This document shows, in pieces, positions 25,218 to 32,827 of a stretch of DNA of 32,827 bases (its first letter is position 1; each line of letters opens with the position of its first letter). The notes below the pieces were generated by a model, which did no database searches, had not been told where the DNA came from, and saw nothing but the letters and a program-made list of their open reading frames with translations. The position numbers and the translations under genes are program-made. Origin of the DNA: a virus; UHGV virus genome UHGV-1342882. One strand, written 5' to 3'.

Positions 25218-27851
25218 TCATTCTTTTGGGAGACGACCTTCCACACCCGCCAGCATTTTTTGATACTCCCCGACCGGATCAAAGCGCAGGCGCGTGGCAT
25301 CAATGCCGTGGTTATCCCGCAGGCGTTCCCATAATTTATTTATCGTCCGTGCATCATCGGGTAATTGACGTGTTATCAACTGGCCGTCAGCGCTGGCCTG
25401 ATAAACTTTGCCGTCTATCTCCAGACGGCTCCCCATTAACAGCGAAACGGCCTGAATCTCTGAAATCTCAACCGAATACAACGTCGCATCAGCCAGCAGG
25501 CTGGCAATCGCAGGGGCAAGAGCCGCCCGTCTGGCTTTTTCAGCCTCCGATCTGGCCTCGGTTTTTTCCACGGCAGAACGCCAGGCGACATCTAATTCGC
25601 TGCTTGGCTCATAAGGTGATCCGCTTTGCTGCCTTTTGAATGGTGTTTCACGTAGTCGCCGCATCAATTTGCGCCGCGTTGGCTGGTCCATATTTTCAAA
25701 ATCGACGATTTCCTCTTCTGATTCTTCTGTAATACCCTCCACACCAAGCGAAAAATCGGTGATTTTTTCGTCTTCCGTAGAGTTATTGACAGAACTCCAA
25801 GCGCCGCCGGTTGGCGACGGCAAAAGGTCAACCCCCAAACCGGGGCCGTTTCTGGCCCCGGTGGCGGCTTTGGATTTGGCGCGGATTTTCCATTTAACCA
25901 GACGGGTGCTAATACGGGAGGCATCACCCAGACGCGGCGACCAGACCCCGAAAACCTTTTCGGGGATCTCACAATAAGCATTCATTTCATCAGCTGGCTG
26001 ATAGGCCAGACGGACGACATAGTTTTCACGCGGGATCAAAACACCCCCCTGGCGGATGATGTAGGTAGCAAAGCACCCGACATCGGCAGCGGCGCAAACC
26101 GCATCCATTGCAGGATCCACAAGCAACGGCGCACCGCGCTTGAAGGTATTGTCAATTTTCTGGCGGGTCGTGATCTGATTGCTCAGTTTGCGCAGCTCGC
26201 GGTAAACCGATATGGGCGGCTGTCCGATGGGCTGAAACTGGCGGATGCGGTGAAGTGACGCCCAGGCCATTGCATATTTGGCTGTTTCATTCAGCGGCTT
26301 GCCGCTTTCGTCGTCCAGTTCACCGGCCAGCGCGTGGCCGTCGATATTCTTCGAAATGTATTTCGCGATATACGCCGTTGCTGACCCTTTCCGTGGGTCC
26401 ATTTTTTTTGACTTGAAACGAGCACCGGTATTGCGGCCCAGCTCGTCGCGGTCTTCCGCAATGAAGTAGGCGCGAAGGATCGCAACCGTAGCTTTAACTT
26501 GCTCTTGTGGCATAAATAGCAATGCGTGCCAGTGTGGTGTCCCATCATGATGCGGCTCAGCGACGCGGAAGCCGTAAGGGCGCAAATCTTCGCGTTTCAG
26601 TTTGGCGGTTGCCCGGTTCCATACTCGGCATAAATAGCGCTGCGCCTGGGCGACGGTGGAATGATTCCATTTGGCGTTATGGTGGCCGGACGCAATATTA
26701 CTGTGATATTTCGACGGGCAAGTGATGGTCAGGAAGATGCCAACATCGCCGCGACTTTGGGCGACAAGCTCAACCCCAGCCATTCGGGCCATAAGCTCAT
26801 GGCGACGAATAGCCGGGTTAGACGTGGATTTATTAATCATTTCCTCAAGCGACGAAACGTTGCCGTATTCGTCTACCAGTTCATGACTTTTGAAAAAATC
26901 CCGGTTTTTACGGCGCTGTTCCTGCCACTCGATCAGGCTGGAAACGCTAACGTAGGCGTGCGCTTTTTTATTTACCGCGCCAACAGCACGCAGCTGGTTC
27001 TCGCGCCAGTCACAACGCAAGCGCCAGATTTTACGCCCCCACCAGTCAGGCGAAGCCATACGCAAAATGGCCGTGCATATGCGCTCGCGTTCCCACGGCG
27101 CATACCATGCAGGCGGTACAATGCGAAGCGCCAGCATTTCGCGGCCCAGGTGGTAATAAAGCCAGTCCAATTCTTCGACGTTCATGTCTGAAACATTCCG
27201 TCCCAGGGCTTCGCATTCCGTCCCCAGCATTTCAGCCATGCGGCTGGCGATCTCATTAGCGGCGCTCAGTGCTTCCCGCTTTGTGAAATCAGCCAGACGT
27301 TGCCAGCGCCCGAACCAGTACGCAGCCAGTTCGCCGGTGATATCAGGCGAAACACCTTGCCTTGTGCGTACAACATCAAGACGCAGCAATGATTTTTTCA
27401 CGGTCCCCATAAGAAAATCATTGGTGTGTCTGGTTTCACGGTTGACCCGTAACCACTCAATTTTTTTACGCCAGACTTCACGAATGAAGAACGGCTCTGA
27501 TAATAAACGCGCTTCGACACCCTCCGGCGTATTGACCCAGGCTGCCGTCGTAGCTTTAGCGGCTTCCATTTCCTGCCGGATTATATTTTGATGGGCGGCC
27601 AGTAGCAGGCCGCACGGTTCGTGCCTGTCCAGCGCCTGGATAAGCGCGTTACGGTCCCGAACCTCGTCGGGGTTGTAACCGGCGCGTTTGAAGATGTGAT
27701 CGATGTGTTTTTTTACGGCTGGATGATGTACCACCGCCCCTGCAAGCGGGGCGATTTTTTTCGGTTCGTAGGTGTACAGGCCAATAGCTGGGCGCGGCGC
27801 GTTCCAGGGCCATGCAAAAGCGGTGTCAGACATTGGATGCCCCGCTATCAC
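25218..27851 (-). CDS. Replication initiation protein, P2 gpA family (rolling-circle nickase); possible start at MSDTAF (27833)
   Basis: 877 aa; contains TAYIAKYISKN with paired Tyr residues characteristic of gpA-type initiators; located in the early operon downstream of cox. Confidence 0.8.
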   Translation of the reverse strand: MIAGHPMSDTAFAWPWNAPRPAIGLYTYEPKKIAPLAGAVVHHPAVKKHIDHIFKRAGYNPDEVRDRNALIQALDRHEPCGLLLAAHQNIIRQEMEAAKATTAAWVNTPEGVEARLLSEPFFIREVWRKKIEWLRVNRETRHTNDFLMGTVKKSLLRLDVVRTRQGVSPDITGELAAYWFGRWQRLADFTKREALSAANEIASRMAEMLGTECEALGRNVSDMNVEELDWLYYHLGREMLALRIVPPAWYAPWERERICTAILRMASPDWWGRKIWRLRCDWRENQLRAVGAVNKKAHAYVSVSSLIEWQEQRRKNRDFFKSHELVDEYGNVSSLEEMINKSTSNPAIRRHELMARMAGVELVAQSRGDVGIFLTITCPSKYHSNIASGHHNAKWNHSTVAQAQRYLCRVWNRATAKLKREDLRPYGFRVAEPHHDGTPHWHALLFMPQEQVKATVAILRAYFIAEDRDELGRNTGARFKSKKMDPRKGSATAYIAKYISKNIDGHALAGELDDESGKPLNETAKYAMAWASLHRIRQFQPIGQPPISVYRELRKLSNQITTRQKIDNTFKRGAPLLVDPAMDAVCAAADVGCFATYIIRQGGVLIPRENYVVRLAYQPADEMNAYCEIPEKVFGVWSPRLGDASRISTRLVKWKIRAKSKAATGARNGPGLGVDLLPSPTGGAWSSVNNSTEDEKITDFSLGVEGITEESEEEIVDFENMDQPTRRKLMRRLRETPFKRQQSGSPYEPSSELDVAWRSAVEKTEARSEAEKARRAALAPAIASLLADATLYSVEISEIQAVSLLMGSRLEIDGKVYQASADGQLITRQLPDDARTINKLWERLRDNHGIDATRLRFDPVGEYQKMLAGVEGRLPKE

Positions 27852-28047
27852 CCTCCCGCTGGGAATGCTTTTCGATTAGCGGGTCGAGTAACACATTGAA
27901 AGAAATCAACAGCGTGTTTGCGGCTTCACTTCCGGCGAGAACACCCGCCAACGTTGCGTGTGCAAGGGCCAGTGTTTTGGCTTCGTTAAGCGCAGCCAGT
28001 GCGCCGCGCTGGTATTCCGAAAGACCGTTATTAATTTTGCTAGCCAT
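27826..28047 (-). CDS. Hypothetical early-operon protein
   Basis: 73-aa ORF, ATGA-coupled to the upstream dam gene and overlapping the start of A. Confidence 0.4.
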   Translation of the reverse strand: MASKINNGLSEYQRGALAALNEAKTLALAHATLAGVLAGSEAANTLLISFNVLLDPLIEKHSQREGDSGASNV

Positions 28048-29012
28048 CAGAAGAGCACCTCGTCAGCCGCTCCACCCCACACGGAATAACCAGCACAAGG
28101 GCCGCAGTCAGGACAGCACCCACCACCGGCACGGCGACAAGTCGCGCAGACTTTGAGGACGCCGATCACTTCACTGGCGGCCCCTCTGGTAATGGCGTTC
28201 GCGCTGACAGAACGGTTAACGATAATTTCCTGGAAGTTGAAAGAGCGATAAATCTCGCGGGTGGCTGGGGTGTCGCTATTAGACAGGATCACCGGCGAAC
28301 CAGTAAGGCGGTTAATATCCAGCTGAGCGGCAGCTAACTGGCGATGCTCTTTAATCCCAAACGGGGCGGTGTGGTATTGGGTGAAATTAGCGGTTTCGCT
28401 TGTTGGCAGGTATGGCGGATCGCAATAGATAACCGCGTCACTACCAATCATGATTTTTAACGTGCTCTGGAAATCGCAGCACACGAAAATAGCTTTCGTG
28501 TCGTTAGCTTTTTCAGAGAATAAACGGATTTGTTCTTCCGGGAAGTAAGGCGGGGTTTTGTGACGCCCAAAGGGAACGTTATATCCACCCTGTTGGTTGT
28601 AGCGTACTACGCCGTTATATCCGTGACGGTTCAGGTAAAGAAATTGTGCTGCACGAAGAATCTTGCCCGCGTCCGGCCCATCTTCAAACACACTGCGCAA
28701 TGACAGTAGGTCACGGGCGCGGGCGTTGAAATCATCGCGGATCCACTTATAGCCGTCTTTATCGCCGTACACTTTAAACAGTGGGCGAGCAGCGTCGATC
28801 ACCGCATCAGGCCAGCGGGTTATCTGGCGATACAGGTTAATTAAATCTGGGTTGATATCACCCAGGATATAACGGCGATATTCAGTATTGAGGAAAACAG
28901 AAGCACCGCCGACAAACGGTTCCACCAGGCAATCGGCTTTCGGCAGAATCGGCAGCAAATCAGGCATAACGCGGCCTTTACCACCGGGCCATTTAACGAG
29001 AGATCGAATCAT
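28047..29012 (-). CDS. dam: DNA adenine methyltransferase (Dam-type N6-adenine MTase) with Cys-rich C-terminal tail
   Basis: Motifs VKWPGGKGRVMPDLLPILP, FVGGASVFLN and catalytic CDPPYLP; C-terminus VCATCRRAGGGCCPDCGPCAGYS. Confidence 0.85.
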   Translation of the reverse strand: MIRSLVKWPGGKGRVMPDLLPILPKADCLVEPFVGGASVFLNTEYRRYILGDINPDLINLYRQITRWPDAVIDAARPLFKVYGDKDGYKWIRDDFNARARDLLSLRSVFEDGPDAGKILRAAQFLYLNRHGYNGVVRYNQQGGYNVPFGRHKTPPYFPEEQIRLFSEKANDTKAIFVCCDFQSTLKIMIGSDAVIYCDPPYLPTSETANFTQYHTAPFGIKEHRQLAAAQLDINRLTGSPVILSNSDTPATREIYRSFNFQEIIVNRSVSANAITRGAASEVIGVLKVCATCRRAGGGCCPDCGPCAGYSVWGGAADEVLF

Positions 29013-29082
29013 TTTTACTTTCTCCAGGGTGCAAGAAGCCCGACGCGTTAGCGCCTGTTTCTTTTTTGTGGGTAGTTAGTTG

Positions 29083-29478
29083 TTAATTTACTGCGTTATC
29101 TGCCGCGGGTGGTTTGTCTCGTATCGCCTGAATTTCGGCGCGTGGTGCGGCGTAGTCCTCAAATTCCCACGGCATTGATGCTGCAAATTCGGAAAGGCGT
29201 TTAATGCCCATCAAAAGGCACGTTTGCTCCTTTTCGGTTAGATTTTCGTAAGTACAACCCAGCTGTTTGGCGGTCAGCTTCGGCATTCCGACTATGTATC
29301 TGGACGCATCGTTTGCCAGGATGAAAATCACCTTTTTGCAGGCATGATCCAGGCGGTTAAAACGGGTTGCAGTGTCATTCACGCGTGAGGCGTTCAAACT
29401 TGCTTGCAGCCGCGCCCGTTGCTCTAAGAACTGGCGGCGACCTGGCTGTTGTTCTGTCTTATCCATCAACATAACCAC
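29083..29478 (-). CDS. Hypothetical early-operon protein
   Basis: 131-aa ORF co-oriented with the early operon; no family recognised. Confidence 0.4.
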   Translation of the reverse strand: MVMLMDKTEQQPGRRQFLEQRARLQASLNASRVNDTATRFNRLDHACKKVIFILANDASRYIVGMPKLTAKQLGCTYENLTEKEQTCLLMGIKRLSEFAASMPWEFEDYAAPRAEIQAIRDKPPAADNAVN

Positions 29479-29487
29479 CTCCCCGAA

Positions 29488-29781
29488 CTACGCAAAGATG
29501 CCCATTAAGCGGGAAAACCAGCGGCGCTTATTACGCGGGCGCGACATGAACGGTACACGGCAGTTTTTAACAAATTGAACATCTACCGCTTTCGGCTGGA
29601 AGAACCTCCCGTCCGGGGTTTCAATCCAGCCACGTTGATGCTGACGGTGGGTGATCTGCTGGCCGTGCGTGAGCAGACTGGCGAGTGAAGGGCATTGTGT
29701 TAATTCCATGTTGATCTCCGTCATATTGAAAAGATGCCGGGATACGACCCCACGCCCGGCGCGTGTTTCCTGTGATAACAT
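29488..29781 (-). CDS. Hypothetical early-operon protein (start may be internal)
   Basis: 97-aa basic ORF; no family recognised. Confidence 0.3.
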   Translation of the reverse strand: MLSQETRAGRGVVSRHLFNMTEINMELTQCPSLASLLTHGQQITHRQHQRGWIETPDGRFFQPKAVDVQFVKNCRVPFMSRPRNKRRWFSRLMGIFA

Positions 29782-29847
29782 CGCTATGCCTGTGTAACTT
29801 TGAGCGGTGAATCAGGCATAACAATCACCAACACAGAAGGAGTTGTA

Positions 29848-30327
29848 ATGAAATTCAATGTATTTTTTAAAAAAGACCACGGATCACACTGGGTGCTTTC
29901 CGATGGTGCCCCCCTCTTTGAAAGTCCACTATTTGAAACAAGACCTAAAGCCATTGATGACCTTGAGAAATTTGTAGGCCTTATGGAATCGCCAATCTTT
30001 ATTAAGGCTGGTGACGATATTAATTCTGGCGATACAGAAAACTGTCCATCTGTAGTTATTTCTTTAAAACAGCATGAATCGCTATGGGGCTGGGAATTAT
30101 TTATCTCAAAAAATGGACAACTGTCTAAAGTTACCGAAAGTTCAGGAAATGGCTTTGACTCATTAGAATTAGCAAAGCAAAATGCCCAGTTTTTCCTTAA
30201 TGCCATTATCGACGCTCCTATTCTGGATCAAGCCGATGTCGCTATCCCCGGCATGCACTTCTCAAAATCTTTCGAGGAAACGCACCACATTGGTGACACT
30301 CACCCATCTAGTAAATGGTTCAAATAA
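29848..30327 (+). CDS. YegP-like (DUF1508) tandem-repeat protein; inverted moron inside the early operon
   Basis: Start MKFNVFF preceded by AAGGAG; two repeats resembling the YegP pattern (F..K.NG ... S ... A ..), e.g. WELFISKNGQLSKVTESSGNGFDSLELAKQNAQFFLNAI; AT-rich; opposite strand to neighbours. Confidence 0.45.
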   Translation: MKFNVFFKKDHGSHWVLSDGAPLFESPLFETRPKAIDDLEKFVGLMESPIFIKAGDDINSGDTENCPSVVISLKQHESLWGWELFISKNGQLSKVTESSGNGFDSLELAKQNAQFFLNAIIDAPILDQADVAIPGMHFSKSFEETHHIGDTHPSSKWFK

Positions 30328-30331
30328 TCCA

Positions 30332-30688
30332 TCACTGTGGCGTTATCGTTTTTCTTGTGCGAGGTGGTACATCTCGCACTGTTTCTTCATCAACAATCAA
30401 CTCATAAACTCTGATGCTGTTATCACCTTTTGATACGTCATCAAATACCTGAAAAAGAAAACTCATGAATTGCTCATAAGTGACGCTGGGTTCAACATAC
30501 CCACCAGTAACCTCAATTAATGGTGTTAGTCCTGAATTATCTGCTAACGAAACGCAGTCCAACTTATCCAAACGGAAAAAGTAATTACCGCAAGGTGTTC
30601 TTTTATCCTTAATCCGTATAAACACATTTGATAACGCTGTATGACTATCTGAGAGTTTAAAGATTTTTGCCGTGTCCATTTTATTCAA
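30332..30688 (-). CDS. Hypothetical protein immediately downstream of cox (AT-rich cargo ORF)
   Basis: 118-aa ORF in an AT-rich segment; no family recognised. Confidence 0.4.
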   Translation of the reverse strand: MNKMDTAKIFKLSDSHTALSNVFIRIKDKRTPCGNYFFRLDKLDCVSLADNSGLTPLIEVTGGYVEPSVTYEQFMSFLFQVFDDVSKGDNSIRVYELIVDEETVRDVPPRTRKTITPQ

Positions 30689-30701
30689 CCCTGTAAGTTG
30701 C

Positions 30702-30977
30702 TTATGATGGATTGCCCAGACCCAACCACATTAACCACCCTTCCCTAATTTCCTTCGGGCGGCTCTCATACGCCATTTTCATGCCGTTGTTCCAGGCTGG
30801 AAGATAGACCCAGTACTCACCTGCCCGCCCGGAAGTTGATTGCGGATCGGTCATTTCAACTACAGGTAGCTTTCCTTTTTCAATCATCCCCTTCACCGCT
30901 GCCGGTGTTTTACCAATGAGTTTTGCGAACTCCTGATATGGGACGGCATCTGTGCTTAACGCGATCTGTTTAACCAT
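30702..30977 (-). CDS. cox: Cox (excisionase / Pc repressor)
   Basis: 91 aa; near-identical over most of its length to the P2 Cox sequence I recall (…DAVPYQEFAKLIGK…GKLPVVEMTDPQSTSGRAGEYWVYLPAWNNG…ESRPKEIREGWLMWLGLG). Confidence 0.9.
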   Translation of the reverse strand: MVKQIALSTDAVPYQEFAKLIGKTPAAVKGMIEKGKLPVVEMTDPQSTSGRAGEYWVYLPAWNNGMKMAYESRPKEIREGWLMWLGLGNPS

Positions 30978-31093
30978 TTAAGGCCCTCACAAGTTTAAGA
31001 ATCGTCACCAATGGCTTATAGTTGCTTTTGATGTTCATTTCTAAACATCAAACAGTCTACATCTAAATCAAATAGTATTGAGATCTAAACACC
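30978..31093. promoter_or_regulatory. Immunity switch region (divergent Pe/Pc promoters) with direct repeats TCTAAAcATCAAA (31040..31052), TCTAAAtCAAA (31062..31072) and TCTAAAcacc (31084..31093)
   Basis: Intergenic region between divergent cox and C genes; direct repeats read from sequence. P2 C repressor is known to bind direct repeats. Confidence 0.5.
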
Positions 31094-31393
31094 ATGTCAA
31101 ACGCCTTAAACGAGAAAATTGTACTCATCAGAAAGTCTGAGTATCTCAGCAGACAGCAACTTGCTGATTTAACAGGCATTCCCTATGGCACTTTAAGTTA
31201 TTACGAAAGTGGTCGTTCTACACCGCCCACGGACGTAATGATGAGGATTTTGCAAATGCCCCAGTTCAGCAAATACACGTTGTGGTTTATGACCGATCAG
31301 GTTGCTCCCGAAGCCGGTCAGATAGCACCGGCCCTCGCACACTTTGGGCAAGATGTAACAACATCGCAGCACTCAGACCAAAAGATTGGTTAA
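31094..31393 (+). CDS. C: Immunity repressor C
   Basis: 99 aa; very similar to the P2 C sequence I recall (MSN…EKIVL…RKSEYLSRQQLADLTG…PYGTLSYYESGRSTPPTDVMM…). Confidence 0.9.
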   Translation: MSNALNEKIVLIRKSEYLSRQQLADLTGIPYGTLSYYESGRSTPPTDVMMRILQMPQFSKYTLWFMTDQVAPEAGQIAPALAHFGQDVTTSQHSDQKIG

Positions 31394-31538
31394 CCATTCA
31401 CCAGGCGCATCTTTATTACAAAATTTGTTTACTTGTTGCCAAATACAACAAGCACAACAATTTTGTGAAATCTAAGCGCAAGGGAAAATTAACAGCAGCA
31501 AAGAAAACTCAACCTAGCACCATTCATTTGGGGGTCTT

Positions 31539-32546
31539 ATGACAATTAAGAAACTCGATGATGGTCGTTATGAAGTGGATATCAGACCTGCAGGGCGCAA
31601 CGGAAAGCGCATCCGCAGGAAATTTGACAAGAAAAGTGAGGCTGTAGCTTTTGAGAAACACACTCAATACAACCATCACGATAAAGAATGGCTAGCTAAA
31701 CCGACAGATAAGCGGCATCTGTCTGAATTAACAAAAGTCTGGTGGGATCTGAAAGGCAAGCATGAAGAACACGGAAAATCCAATTTGGGTAAGATTGAAA
31801 TCTTTACCCGGATCACTGATGACCCTTGCGCGTTCCAGATAACCAAAGCGCTTATTAGCCAGTACAGCATGACTCGCAGAGGGCAAGGCATAAAACCGGC
31901 CAGTATTAACCGCGACCTTACCTGCCTGAGTGGTATGTTTACTGCGCTAATTGATGCGGAACTGTTTTTTGGCGAACACCCTTTCAGAGGGATGAAAAAG
32001 CTCAAGGAGCAGAAACCAGAAACAGGCTATCTGACGCAGGAAGAAATAACATTGTTACTTGCCAATCTTGACGGGGACAACAAGAAAATCGCGATCCTCT
32101 GTTTAAGTACCGGCGCTCGATGGGGTGAAGCCGCGAAACTGAAAGCTGAGAACGTAATACAGAATCGGGTGACGTTCGTTAAAACAAAGACGAACAAACC
32201 GCGCACAGTCCCTATCTCTGAGGAAGTTGCTGTAATGATTGCGGGTAAAGGTTATCTGTTCCCTGATGCCTCATATCCGAAGTTCAGGCGAACAATGAAA
32301 GATGTAAAACCAGATCTACCGGACGGGCAAGCAACTCACGCATTGCGTCACAGTTTTGCTACCCACTTTATGATTAACGGCGGGAGTATCATCACCCTGC
32401 AGAGAATACTGGGACATTCACGCATAGAGCAGACAATGGTCTATGCGCACTTTGCCCCGGAGTATCTTCAGGATGCTGTTTCACTCAATCCGCTACGTGG
32501 TGGCGTTGACTCCATGAGTGTCCACACTGTGTCCACAGTAGGGTAG
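31539..32546 (+). CDS. int: Tyrosine integrase, P2 Int family
   Basis: 335 aa; strong similarity to the P2 Int sequence I recall (…IKKLDDGRYEVDIRP…GRNGKRIRRKFDKKSEAVAFEK…HALRHSFATHFMINGGSIITLQRILGH…RIEQTMVYAHFAPEYLQDA); adjacent to attR. Confidence 0.9.
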   Translation: MTIKKLDDGRYEVDIRPAGRNGKRIRRKFDKKSEAVAFEKHTQYNHHDKEWLAKPTDKRHLSELTKVWWDLKGKHEEHGKSNLGKIEIFTRITDDPCAFQITKALISQYSMTRRGQGIKPASINRDLTCLSGMFTALIDAELFFGEHPFRGMKKLKEQKPETGYLTQEEITLLLANLDGDNKKIAILCLSTGARWGEAAKLKAENVIQNRVTFVKTKTNKPRTVPISEEVAVMIAGKGYLFPDASYPKFRRTMKDVKPDLPDGQATHALRHSFATHFMINGGSIITLQRILGHSRIEQTMVYAHFAPEYLQDAVSLNPLRGGVDSMSVHTVSTVG

Positions 32547-32554
32547 TTTATTAT

Positions 32555-32607
32555 GGCTTTCAGTGGTCTTGCGTGCCGCGCAAACCCGCATTGCACCGCT
32601 GAAAGCC
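32555..32607 (+). other. Imperfect 12-bp inverted repeat (ggctttcagtgg / ccgctgaaagcc) just downstream of int; possible terminator or att arm element
   Basis: Read from sequence; 11 of 12 positions complementary, about 29-nt spacer; no clear T-tract. Confidence 0.3.
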
Positions 32608-32630
32608 CATGTTACCTACCCTGAAAAACG

Positions 32631-32652
32631 CCCTTACACGGGCTTATTTTTT
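32631..32652. repeat. attR core; exact 22-bp direct repeat of 923..944 (cccttacacgggcttatttttt)
   Basis: Exact repeat; left flank (aaaacg) differs from the attL flank (taatct), consistent with a phage-derived arm on the int side. Confidence 0.8.
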
Positions 32653-32827
32653 ATGCATAAGCCCTATCCCTGGTCACCGTCTTCCATTGACCACATCGAT
32701 AGAATCTCCCTTCATAGCACGATGCCTTTCACGTAACGGCATCGTGCTCGCACAGGTTCCGGCTAAGCACAACCAGAACGCGCATGTTTGACGCTTACCA
32801 AAAAATATTCTCACTCTCCACATTTGA

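Larger units (their letters stand above)
918..32652. mobile_element. P2-family prophage with non-P2 tail module, integrated at cyaR 3' end
   Basis: Bounded by 22-bp direct repeats; contains int, C, cox, A, P, Q, O, N, M, L homologs in P2 prophage order, plus full tail and lysis gene sets. Confidence 0.85.

Noticed and set aside
26661-27191. 176-aa plus-strand ORF inside replication gene A
   Set aside because: Antisense to the gpA CDS with no independent support.
32609-32791. 60-aa ORF spanning the attR core and host flank
   Set aside because: Crosses the att core and host junction sequence, has no RBS, and is short; unlikely to be a gene.
1-32827. Looked for CRISPR arrays, tRNA genes at the att sites, and IS/transposase genes
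   Set aside because: No regular repeat-spacer structure, no cloverleaf-like tRNA sequence at either junction (the target is an sRNA 3' end instead), and no transposase-like ORF or terminal inverted repeats were seen.

Overview
The window is almost entirely one integrated, apparently intact P2-family myovirus prophage (about 31.7 kb, 918..32652) in an enterobacterial chromosome. It sits immediately downstream of a 3' fragment of yegQ, inserted into the 3' end of the cyaR sRNA gene, and is bounded by an exact 22-bp direct repeat; the left copy matches the P2 att core over 27 bp. Recognisable P2-like modules are integrase, C repressor, Cox, a Dam methylase, replication protein A, an Ogr-like zinc finger, portal (Q), large terminase (P), scaffold (O), capsid (N), small terminase (M) and head completion (L). 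The contractile tail, baseplate and lysis genes are arranged differently from P2, with the lysis cassette embedded between the tail tube and tail chaperone genes. Three AT-rich cargo islands interrupt the phage backbone. The strongest candidate for a previously undescribed system is a translationally coupled DUF262 + HEPN gene pair (23333..24995, minus strand) between gene A and the ogr/portal region. The other two islands carry an AbiH-like gene next to attL and an inverted YegP-like gene with an unknown ORF in the early operon. All homology calls come from reading the translations and from memory of family signatures; no database search or computation was run.
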